Of a stretch of 60,000 nucleotides of DNA, positions 27,901 through 40,800 are shown one piece after another. Made by a program: the position numbers and the translations under genes. Each line of letters opens with the position of its first letter. Positions within the stretch are counted from its first letter, which is position 1. This stretch comes from Lytechinus pictus (lineage: Eukaryota), in NCBI RefSeq assembly GCF_037042905.1, contig NC_087251.1, positions 16,990,001-17,050,000 on the forward strand, written 5' to 3'. Below the pieces are notes generated by a model that saw only the letters and a list, made by a program, of their open reading frames with translations, was not told the origin of the DNA and ran no database searches.

Positions 27901-30900
27901 TTAATTAATTAATTACTTAATTCATTCATTCATTCATGTCCATTCATAATCATTCATTCATTCATGTCCATCCATATTCATTCATTCATTCATTCATGCA
28001 TTCATTTATTCGGTCATTCATGCATTCATATTCATTCATTCGTTCAAAATATTTTCATTAATTATGATGTGTGTATCAAACAGAGTTGATGTTAAAGGAT
28101 GAATAAAAAAAAGATATATATAAATATATTACATTCTGAATTCATTTTTTATTCATTAAATGTTCATATATCATTGACTTCCACCATCGTGACCATTTCC
28201 ACAAAAACAAGTTAAGCTTAAAGAGATATCAATCAGCAATGAATATTCACTGAGGTGTTTGGTGAAGATGGATAACGCAGGTTTGTTTAGTAAAATGTCG
28301 CCCGAATTCATGTACCAATAAAATTTTAGGCAATGTTGTGGTAAGTTTTACCCATGAAATATGCTTTGATAATTATATTACCCGACAAACATATATGTAC
28401 ACTTTTACCCGATAATTCCATATTTGTTTTATTTCTATGACAGTGGAAGAACGACAGTCACACTTGATTGAGATTTCTTTTTATTCATTTTAATCACGTT
28501 TGGTTGGTATGCAGTAGACTTTGATTGGTCCTATACTCGCAATAAAAAATAACCTGTGAATTAAACCTTGATGATTGCTACCACTTGTAGACATCAGTCA
28601 ACGTCAATCTTGTTTTGATGACATCACTGAAGAACTTTTCAAAAACTCTCATCTCTCTTTACTCGAGGAAAGAAAATAGAAGAGAAAACCCAATGTTTGT
28701 AGGCGAATGTTGATTTAAATCTCGATTTATAGTCTCAAGTTCAACGCTTTAGTAGCAGTGTGTGTGTTCGTGATTTGTTTGGAGGTATACTCAAGTCAAG
28801 GTCAGGATTGTATTTTCACCACACCTTGCCTTTTATTAGCCGCACTATTCCCACCGATAGGTCCAGCCCATCTTTAAGGTTATCATAACCAGCATATGAC
28901 AATTTTCCCAGTAGTATGCATAATATACTAGATTCTGCCTTTGCTATTGCTTTAATATTACGACATGATGAAGAATTGTTTCCGACTATAACTTCAACTG
29001 TTTGCCATCCTTCTAAACGGTTTGATGGGAACTGCGATTAAAATGAAAGTAGTCTGACATAATCGCGGAAATATTTATGAAAGGATGTTTCTCCTATACA
29101 ACATTGAACATTCAAATCACCTTGTAATGTGGCCAATCCTCAATGATTCCCATACATTAATTATGATGCTGGTGCGCTTGCAACCAATTATTAGCATATG
29201 GTTCATTAAAGGGAAATATTACAAACTAATGTTTTGTTCCTTGATCAGACTATTACGCACCCTTTCTCTCTTCCATGATCATTATCAAGGACAGGGAGAG
29301 CGAGGTGATCGATCGATTTAGTATCAGGTTTACATTCCTAACAAGCCATAAACTGATAAAAGATCATGTATTGTGAAATGATTATGATCATATCCCACTG
29401 CATTTTACAACAAAAAAATACAGCCATTTATCAAGAAAAGCATTGTCTCGTTCTCATTTTGGATTGAGCAATGCATCCCATGATTTAATTCTCATTTTAC
29501 TTTTATCATTGTCTCTTAGTCAAATCTTAGAAATTGTTTTACTCAGGCATGTGTCGGGCATTATTATTGAAAGAAAATGTATGGAGCAATTGATATTCGT
29601 GTACAAATTACCAAATGTTGCATTCTGTCTGAATACAATGCAATATTTCGTGTCTATTTCCCGCTCAAATGGTTTTGTTATGTTGAACAGTAACGTGTAG
29701 GACCAGGTGGATAGCCAGACATAATTGGATCATACTGTGGTCGCTCCAAGTCTGTAATGTATTTTGCAGCAAACCTTACTGTTAAATTCTAGCCAGCTGG
29801 GGCGTCTTCCAGGAGCGTAGATCTCGCAACCTCCTCCTCCTCCTCTTCCTATTGTTATTGTTGTTTGGTAGTGAACTTTTGTCATCTCGTTGTGTTGTTT
29901 CATATTTGAGGGGGATATAGTTTGAAGTGAATGCACTTGCTGGGTTCCCTATAAGAGCCTCATCAGCGATCGGATTCACCTTTGACATGCGTTTCTTACA
30001 CGGCCCTGAAAACACAGATGTTGGAGGGGCAGGATCAGGAGTAGACAGGACTCTTTTCGCTCACTCAGCCTATTTTAACTGGATTCACTTACAGCGCAGC
30101 CGCAGACAGATAGAGATTGCCGAACTTGTCTATTTTTTCATATGAAAGGTCATCAAATATGGAAGTTGTGCTCCCTTAGGGCGTATCACAAACAGAAATA
30201 GTCCAATTGGCTTATTAGTTACTGAATTGAGTCCCTGAATCCTTCTACCCATGCAATTCATGCGGGCGGGATGGTGGCAGACTTAGAGTTTTGGGAAATC
30301 AGAAATAGTTTAATATATCATAGCTATGATTGATGCAATTTCTTCGTTTTCCTCTATACTTTCATTGTGACATGCGTGATACTCCATTTTATGCTTAACG
30401 GCCACTTATCTTATTTCCTGAGATGTTATCTCTTACATGAAAACAAATGCCCATGACATGTAATAGTTAGACCGTGATGATGGGTTCAGATCAAACATTT
30501 GATAAGGTGGCTGATAGGCTAGCTATAAGGTATTACATTGATTTCCTATCTTTCAACAATGAACAATGTATACAAAGTATTATCGTTAAACTTGGCTTAC
30601 CCATTTTATACGGATTTCAATCATGAAACTCTTGGAGATTTCAAATTCAATAATTCATATTCATACATAAATTCATAAATCTTAAAGAGTATAAAATAAA
30701 AATCCAGAGTTCGACTGTTCATTCTCCATGCAAAATCGGTCTGGGTTTATTCTAAATCCAATTTAGATGCACATTTCATGATATGTCTTGTGGGTTTATT
30801 GCGCATAATATTCAGAAACCAGGCAAAACTTCCTCTCCATTCGCTATTTATTGGTTTGATGATATTTATTATCGAAGTTGGAATTAAAATATCGTCATTA

Positions 30901-33900
30901 TATGGAAAGCTCCCCCATATCCAAATCGAATATCCAATTTGAAGCAGTCGTTTATCCTGTTTATGATATTCGCTCGTGAGCAAGTGAGAAAAGAAAAACC
31001 ACATATGCTGGTGGTCTTGTAGCTAATCTGGAAACGAACTAATGTACAAAAAGAAAGTGAAAGTAAATGAAAATATTACTGCACGTCCTTACATTTATTT
31101 CCATGACATATGCCATTCAGAAATTCTCGTTTATCAACTGTGAATATGTTCTGATTATTTCATAATATTATAACTATGTCTAGTAATTTTGGAAAAGGAA
31201 ATTTCTGGCCATCCCAAGCCATGCCAGTCCCAATGTCAGTTTAATTTTCGATCGATATAAACAACCAATTGAATGAAATAAATAAAACGTTACGATAGCG
31301 AATTATACTCCTCTTCACTGCTGAGACGTATACGCGCAGACGACACGAGTTGTCAAGGAATGTTAGTATTGATTTGCCCGCCAACTAGACTCTGACGTAT
31401 GTAAACAAATCAAATATGATCAGACAAGTTTGACAAGTCAATTTCGATCACGTTTACTGGTCAAAGTTCACGACCATCAGTTCATTCAAGATATCTAAAT
31501 TGATGTGATATTATATTCCATCCCATGAGATCCACGAGTTTATAATGCTAACCATACAATGACATATGAAATTAATCTCATAGTTTTCAATTGATATAGA
31601 TAAATAATTATTTTCTGTATTATTTAATGATACGTATTGTATTTGAATTTGTTTTAAAGTTATTTTTCCTTTTAATTTGGTTTTACATTACCGTAATCTA
31701 TTTTTTTTAGAAACAAAATGTTCTAAAAATTGCAACTACGTTATATGATGCATTGTTCTATACACGGTCTATCAAATCATTAGTGTGTTTTTTATGGAAA
31801 TGTAAATGAATCAAAATTTAATCTAATCTAATAACAAAAACAATCAAGTGAAATTTAATCACTTTAATCACTTAAATGGAACAAAAAATAACCTGCTTTC
31901 AAGACTGATAATTTTAAGGCCAAATCTGTAATCTACTATTGGGCTATATTCGTATCGTAATATAAGTTATAATTGGGTTTTGGATACAAACTTAAAAGTG
32001 TGCGCTACATGTACTTAGGTGGATCAAAATATACAACATGCTGCAAGAATCTCATAGGCTATTTTTTACCCTCAAATAATTATTGAATCGGGATTATCAA
32101 TATGACAAACGGATTTTATTTGATTACACATTGGTAGCAAGAGACCATGAATCTCCGCTTATTAAAACGTATAGTTTCAATTGAAATGAACGACCCCATA
32201 TAGTATTCCATACATAATATAAAAGGATGTGGCTTAAACTTCATTGCATTATGTAGCGTCAAAATATAAGACGTGAGTTCGGAGAAAGGAAGATTAAATT
32301 ACAGTAAATAGAATGACCTTCATTACTGAAATATGTGAATTTCGTTTGATTTGATTGTAAATTTGACCCAGATGACCATCATAAGATATTGAACAATATT
32401 TTGACCATCAATCATCAGGATGACGATGTTTCAAATGACCAGTATGGTATAGGTCAATGCTAACTGACCATGGTCACGTCGTCACATCTTTTGATACCTT
32501 TGTTATGAGCGCGAGCACAAGGGTCATTTTGGTGAAAAACAATCCAAAGAAATAGAGATTCCTTTCAAAATAATTGGAACATTCATATTAGGTTAGAATT
32601 CCTCATTTGACTTCATTTTGCAAGCAATATCATTTATAATTCAAATGTTTTTTTATATATAGGATATAATATCTACTCGACAAGTCATTTTTTTTGTGAT
32701 GCTGACGCCATCAGAATTGTATTGCTGATTCCTAATTGGTTGGCGTAGATAGGTTTCGTATAGACACAAAAACCTTCGAATGTATTAGCTTCTTCGACTA
32801 AAAATATTGTTACTATTTTACAAGACAAGAACCCCTTTATGTTTTGTTACATAATCGAAGCATAGTGCATCATTCAATTCTTGTTACCTAATTGAATAGT
32901 AAACTCCAAAACACGTACAAACTTATTGCATTAATGTAAAGCTATTGTGAGCTGAACCAATGATATACATTTGAAAATACTCTGAAAAAAAACCGGTTTC
33001 ATGAATGTATTGAGCGTGTAGTGTGTTTGTCGTAAATAATAGGATTTCAAGACCCACAAGAAGTTAATGACCGTACATGATTTCTTGCATTTATACAATT
33101 CTGATGTACTGTCTGCAGATGTTATATATTTATTTTAAAAATTGTTTATTAAAAGAAAATCATGATATTCTTTTTAAGTTAGCTTGAAAATACGCGTGTA
33201 TTCTTTTGTTCAATTCAAGAGAAAGAAACTTACTATCATCTTTCCATTTTATTTTACGAATATTTGAATCGAAAATCACTTAATCGTTGTGATTTGAGAT
33301 CTGAAATTAAGATACCGCTGTTTAATTGAATGGGCATTGATTTTTCAACTACTTTTTTTTACACATTACCTTAAAAATCAAATACATGTTCAGATTACTT
33401 TTTGTTGTATATTTGATGATATTTATTTTAAGATGACTTTCGCCGAATCAAATATGTATAGTCAAGATATAGATATGTTTGTATCATAATCTGTAAAAGT
33501 TGATTTTAAAATAATTATGTCATAATGCTGAGCAAGTGGTTGAGCTTTTCTCTGAGGTTGGGGATTTTGATAATTCTCAATTGGTATTTACTCCTCGCCC
33601 AGTTATTCATCAAACTTTCACTTTAAATTTTTAAAAAATTTATATTTTAAGGACGTTTCAGCATGGTCAGGTTGTGATAAAATAGTGGTAAAGAAACTAT
33701 GGTTTTACGGAGACTAGGTTACTTGGTGAAACAAAGTACATTCCATTTCACCACATCATTTTATTCCTTGAATTTGAGTATCAAATACGGATGAAAACAG
33801 GTGGTGTCTGTATAGCATTCCATATCATTCTTTATCTTCATAAACATGCTGACTAAGAGAAATTTAGTCCGAGCTCCTTCCTAGATTTGGATGATGTCAA

Positions 33901-34177
33901 ATGTTATCACTATGGTTACAGTATAAATTAGTAAGTATAAAGTTTTCAGGAATGGTTAAAAGAAACGTAACATAAGTTTCCCACATTGATCATTAAATTT
34001 GCTAATAGACTGTACAAAACGGTTTTAAAGAGTTGATGATATGTTATTTCAAGAATTATTTAATATTGGCAAAAAATAAATAGAAGAAAAACAGAATGTA
34101 AAGGAAAGACGGAGAAGCATATTATAAGGGAAAGGTAGGCAGAGGAAAGGAGGAGGAGAGGAAGAAGGAAAAAAGAA

Positions 34178-34209
<32 letters not shown>

Positions 34210-34792
34210 AAAAGATGAAGAAGACGAGGAAGAAGAAGTAGAAGAAGTAGAAGAAGAAGAAGAAGGAGAAGGAGGAGGAGGAGAAGTTGAAGAAGGAGAA
34301 GAAGAAAAGAAGAAGAAAGAAGAAGAGGAGAGGAGAAGAAAAAGACAGGGAAGGGATGAGGAGGAAGAACAAAAAATTTAGGCTTTCATCGCTGAATTAT
34401 TCCCTTCATGGATAAAATTACACAGTTCTTACTTGATCCAATGCTTCTCCCGGCTCCTTAACGAGGGTTTGCTTTTAGAAGTAATGTCTATGCAACCCAA
34501 TAACAAACTCTGTCCTTAATCATACTAATCCTTTAAACTGTTTTTGCTTTAAGAACTCTGTGTGGTATAATCCAGCTTGAAGGGGAAAGTCCATCTTGAA
34601 ATAATTTTGATTGATCAGAAGAAGACCCCAGCTGCAACTGGACGTTTGAATCCGATCAAAATACATGTAGATCGGATCTGCTTTATTTGGAGGTCCATAG
34701 ACTCATGTTCTTCGTCTCATATACACAGACACCTTTTGATAAAACAATAGAAGAAAATTTTGATATAGAATGGAAGCAATGGCTGTTTGATA

Positions 34793-34855
<63 letters not shown>

Positions 34856-37800
34856 AAAGGTTGAGCATATGTTAGTACATATTTCATTTAACACACATCC
34901 TATTCCCCGGAGCCTACCCTGATATATACCAGCAGTGTCACCTAGCTGGTCATTTTCTATATAAAAATAAAAGTTTAGATAATTGTTTATTGTGATTTGA
35001 TATCAGCTGTCGAAAGCTCCTCATTCATAATATTGCGATCGTGCCACTCTGGTCCCCTTTCTCAAACATACAACAACATAATGACTTAGAGTAAGAAGCT
35101 TATATGCACTCAAGAGATTGTATCGAAATGATGTCTGACCGGGAAATGCAATTAGGGTCACTATTTCATGCCAGGTATTCACACGTGAGCATTCAAAAAA
35201 AGAAATGTTGGGTGTTCTGGGTAAAGTGTTGAGGAGGCGGCAATCCACTTTATGTGTTGTCTGCTTGAAGTGCGATGCCTATGATCTGAATGTGTCTAGT
35301 GCACGAAGAACGACCCCAGGGAAAAAAGGTCCACTGGGCAAACAGATGAAGATGCAACAATATCACCATTATAATGAATGTTTGTCACATATCACATACC
35401 CACACCATTCGTCATTGCCTTCAATGCTGTCCATCCATTGAAAATAATTTGGTGTCATTGCATGTGAATCGAGTTGCTTCCTTTCTCCCTCTCTTGTGAA
35501 TAATTGTGGTCATTTATTTCGATCTGAGGCGGTGATAGGTTATCTTCAAAGAAAGAAGGCTTAACATTTTTGTAAATAGGTGAACCCCAAGCGCTGCCAG
35601 GAGATAGTGATGGGTAACCTTGTGTAGAATCAGTAATTGCGTTTGGGAATATGCAACAATACATTAATGGGGAAGCATCGAGTCAGCAAACTACAGTCAG
35701 TCTGACCCGGTCAGTAAAGAAAAGAACGGAACAAGTTTGTTCCCGTGCTCATCTTTCAGATGTTTCTTATAATACTTGTCATCTTCAGTTTATTGGCTTA
35801 GATGTGCCAAAAATGCTGACCAAGTCGGTAATTTTCCAATGATGATATCTGAAGACGGTGCGATGATTGAACTAAAAGTTGCACCTTGCTGCTCTAAACC
35901 CCAAGACATGCAAGAGGGATCCTACCTGCCGACAATTTAACTTTTTTTTTAAGTTGGGATGCACAAGACAAACATGTCAAATATGTCGCATATCATTTTC
36001 TCTTCACTCTTTTTTTCCCATGAGTGTTTAATTGAATAACAAGGGAATCCCTGGTATAAAAGTTACTTGTCTTATCCATAATCAATGCAATTCCCTGATC
36101 AAAGCAAAGAACACGCCTTTTAGAATTCCAATCCGTGGGACACATTCGTTCAAATTTTCCGAATTTCAGGATCTAAGTAATTGCTTTTTGAACTATAATA
36201 AATGAAAAATTTTTAAATATTAAACAGGTTATTATGTGTTATCATGAGCTATATACTTTGTATAACAACAGATACTGTAAGAAATACATAATGCCTATTA
36301 CAGTTGAGGTTAGTGGCCAATATAGCAATGATTACCAGCCAGAGCCACCTAACGGCTGAATAGAGTCAATGCTACCATTTCAGTGCTGAGTCTCTGATTT
36401 GTTTTCTCTCTCACTACCACTACATTTTTTTGCACTTCTTTTGAATAGAAATCAAACGAATGCGATCACCCGAACATGACATCATTTTATTATTCATGCA
36501 GTTATTTCGAGAATAAATTATATCACATTTCGTTTAGTTTCGACAGATGGATATCTGTCAGCGATGACCTGTGATCTGGAACTCGAGTGATGTCATCAGT
36601 CTCTTCACACTAGGCTTGCTTCGCTTGTCGAGTTCTAGTGATGTTCATTTTGTCTTTTTTCCGAGTAACAATGGCAAGGCAAAATCTTAATAAAATTCCT
36701 TAAATATCAAAGTTCCATTTTCATTGGATTTCTACAACAGTTGCATTCTTGGAGAAGCATATGTAGCCATTAGCAGATTAGAGTGTTGCATCGTTAGACC
36801 AATTGTCCTGTACCCAATATCGAAAATTTGCCGGTACCCCCACCCCCCCCAAAAAAACTACTAATCTCATTCATTTGTACTTCTTACCAATTTCAACGAA
36901 TCTATGTATTTTCTTAATGTTCTATTTGAGGTGTAAACACTGTATATTTATATTACAATGAGCATCCATGCGCATAGCAATATCATTGTCCACTTAATTG
37001 CTCTTTATGGCGTTATGCTTTGTTTGCTGATGTGAAAGTTTCTTCTTTATTTGTCCCAGTCTAGTGCTCTTTCCTCCTAAAAGCTGAATTATGGGTGGTC
37101 TTTAAATGTTAAAGACTGTTTTCGATGAAGAAATGTTTGTTGTAAAAACTATTGTGAAGCAAGAGCAGCCGAATCACACCTCTTTCTGTCAATTCATGGA
37201 AGTATTTCAATGGGATCCACTTCCAATGAGGACCGAAGATTCTCAACTGCTTCTTGGTTGATACTACTTGCAATTATTCCATATTCTACCGCCCTGATTC
37301 GCGTAGGCGTTATACACTTTGTAGAGTCCGATAACAGCGTGTTGTACAAGTTAGTTCAGCCGAAGAAAATGTAACTGTACATATTTTTAAAAGAGGAATT
37401 CACGTTGCCAAAAAAAAATCTGAAGGAATAATCTCTTCCTAGTTTATCATCAACACATGCACCCTGAACTTTTTTAGACCAAATTGCTCGCCATATAGTG
37501 GGAGTGCCCAGCGGGCAAACCACGAAGATGGCCCATCCCACAGATGAAATTAATTTCAATACAAAATATGATGCTAATAAAATATAATTTTCACAATAAA
37601 ATGTTTCCAATATACATGCATTTGAAATAGATCAGCTATACAGGTTCATGCACTTTAAGGCACTTTAAGGAAACTTTTCAAACATTGACCAATGATATAA
37701 TTGCTCGCGGACATGTTGGGTGATAGTGTAAGCGTCATCATCGTCATCATCTTCGTTATCATAAATGATCATTTTAGATTTAGGCTGTTTTTACTCAAAT

Positions 37801-40800
37801 CAGAAGATTTCACGTCAAGAATAGGTCAAAGTACCATATGATTCGGAAAAGAAGATGAAGGCATGCGCACAAGTGATATATACAAAGCATGATGAATTTG
37901 ATATCATCAACAAAGAATGATGAATTTGATATCATCAACTCTTCTATTTCGACGCTCCCACTAAGGGCACTCGGAAGGGCTGCCACCATTTGACTGTTTT
38001 AACCAAAATCCCTATTGTGCCAGGTTCATAATCATCATTATATTTATTCTCTTTTTCATAAAGGAGAGGGGACAGATGGAGAAAGCATACCTAATGTTGG
38101 AGTAGGAGTAGGTGTCGGAGTCGGAGCCGTGGGCGTCGGAGTTGGAGTTGGCCCTGTGGTTAGTCAACCCAATATTCCACCTTCAGTCCCTCAGGTCGAA
38201 ACCCCCGAACATGAAACAATCGCACCCGTACCCCCGAAGACTCCCGAAGTCCATACCGAGTCCAATCTTCCCCATTCGGCCATCGAGCCCGGGGTCATCG
38301 AGGGACCACTCAACGACGGATCACCGATCAATTACAATCGCCCATCGCTGTATCTTCCTAACAGCCCCGGATCGAACATCGGAAACTACGCAGAGCCAAC
38401 GAACGGTGCGAGACCTTTACCGAACATGAATGACGTTATCACAAATGGTCAATGTGCCATAACTTGTGATCAGGTCTCACAGTTACAAAATATGGTCGAT
38501 GTTCTCTCTCAGGGACAGGATAACATCCTCACTAGGATGACTGATATGGTAAGAAGTCTCACTATTATTAAGCATCCCCGAAAATCATTTGAAAATCCTC
38601 AATCCGAATGTCTGATTGGTGAAAGTTAAGCCGCGGTTTTTTTTATAGTTTTTTTTTGTTGTGGATGACTGTAATTCTTTGTGCAATTGGCCCCAGGACA
38701 GGGGTGGGTTTGATTCTGCGTGATTATTCTTTACCCAACATGAGTCAGTATTTCTTCAGTTAACAATTGAAAGCTGGGACCATGCACGTCCGGTGTAACT
38801 ATGACCAAACTATACCCAAAGGTGGATGAATATGTTCCACTTGCAAATAGTACTCATTAGTCTAATAAATGTTGGCAAAGAACTACAGAAAACTGATTTA
38901 AAAAAATATATGATGTGAAATACATTTAATTTTCTCATTTCAGGATAACAGAATACCAAGCTTGCCCCCTCCATGGTTAGATGGATGTTTCTATAAAGAT
39001 GAAATCAAACAAAACTACGAGCAGTGGAAGGACGATGCTTGTACTACCTGTGAATGCAATGTAAGTCACATTTTCTTATTCCTATTTACTGTTATTTAAA
39101 ACATAGTCAGAAAAGAAACATTATTCTTCGGAGTTTGACTTTGGTAATTGGAGCGAGATACATTCATCATGTTCAGATTATACTGTCTTTCTTTTTATCC
39201 AGGCCCCTGCTGTTACGTGTCGTTTGATCGAATGTCAGCCAATCACTTGCCAGAATCCTATCATCAAACCAGGAGAATGCTGTCCTCAATGCCCAGGTAA
39301 ACACAGTGCATTCACGCCTTACTTGATTGCAAGCTACATTTGACATTTGTTTGATAGTTGTTGATGCATGCTTGGGAGGTGTGGTTATGCATGTGCGCCG
39401 GGATTATTTGCGCACATTCAAATGTCTTTATTTGTCAATTATTCTGAAAAAGATCGTGACAATTTTAAGACCAATGCTTTCTGCCTCTCAGGCCTATGTT
39501 CTATATCAGGAGAGAGTTTCGATTTTGATGTTGGTTTCGATCCTTATTAGATGTTGTCGAGGGTTGTAGATTACTCGTATAAGTAATGATGTATTTTCAT
39601 ATTTCCACAGATCAAGAGCAAGGATGGAGTGATTGGACCGAGTGGACATCATGCTCTGTGACCTGTGGGTCTGGAACCATGCAAAGAGGGCGCTCTTGTG
39701 ATAGAATGAGGTACCCGTGCAACGGAAGGAGCGTTGAGACCAGGAACTGCATCCGCGACCCGTGCGTCTGTAAGTCTCTCATGTTCTTTATATTTGGTAT
39801 TCATAACTTTACGCAGATATTGGTGATTTTAGTCTGATGAGATGGAGAGTAGAGAGGGAGGATGAAAGAGAAAACCGGGAGACAGTGGAGAGTAGGGAGA
39901 GAGAAGGAGATAGGGAAAGAGAAAGGGAGAGCGAGATAAAAAAAAAAAAAGGAAGAGAGGGGCTATGAGTAGATCGATCTCTTGTGTGGTAATTCAAAAT
40001 TGAAAATGGCGCTATATGAAATCCAATGAACAAAAAAAAATCAGTGAAAATGGTTAGCTGACCTTAAAGACTGCTTTGATTCTCTAAGGTGTACAAACTT
40101 CAGTCTGACTCTGAAGAGAATAAAAAACCCGTCCATGTTGCTTACCAAGTCTCGGGAGCCTATCATGAATTATTCTTCAAAAAATAAAGTATTTTTCTCT
40201 TTGATTTCCACTTTTTTCCAACAACGGATCAATCAATTTATTCATTCTCTCGTCAGTTCGCACAACAGACGAATGAAACCAGAAGTCAGACATAGTTATA
40301 TTGAAAATATCAACGGAAATACCTTTTCATACCATTCACCGGGTTAGATCTGGAGGACACGTTGTAATGTTTGTTCTCTTCTCCCAAAGTCTGTCTTTAA
40401 TATCCCACAAGAAACTACAAAACCATTAAGAATTATCAACGAGAAAAAATGGGTAAAAAGAACACCTCTGTCAGCAAAGACATTTTAATATGGCAGGGGA
40501 ATTGAAATAATGGTTTAAGGGAAATAAGGAATGACTGAGAGGAGATGGATTGGCAGTATATAAATGTTTCATTCTAATTTTCACAAAACCCAATCATGAC
40601 AATAGACTACAAGGCAAAACTGCTCTAATTTTGGTCGAGGAAAATAGAAATTGCATTCGTTGTTATTTGGCCTTGGTAAATAATAATGGGTTTCATAGGG
40701 GATAAACATCTCGGCAGGAGCGAACGGGACATCTAAATGATATGCTGTTCAGTGGAGTCAGATATGGTGTTTGTATTTCAACCTTTCTGGAAAAGATTTT

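Noticed and set aside
29730..30290. GC-richer intronic island with short ORFs, a possible extra linker exon or enhancer
   Set aside because: No convincing phase 1-1 acceptor/donor pair or recognisable peptide; conservation cannot be assessed.
34049..34894. Poly-F and (IY)n ORFs
   Set aside because: Microsatellite translations.
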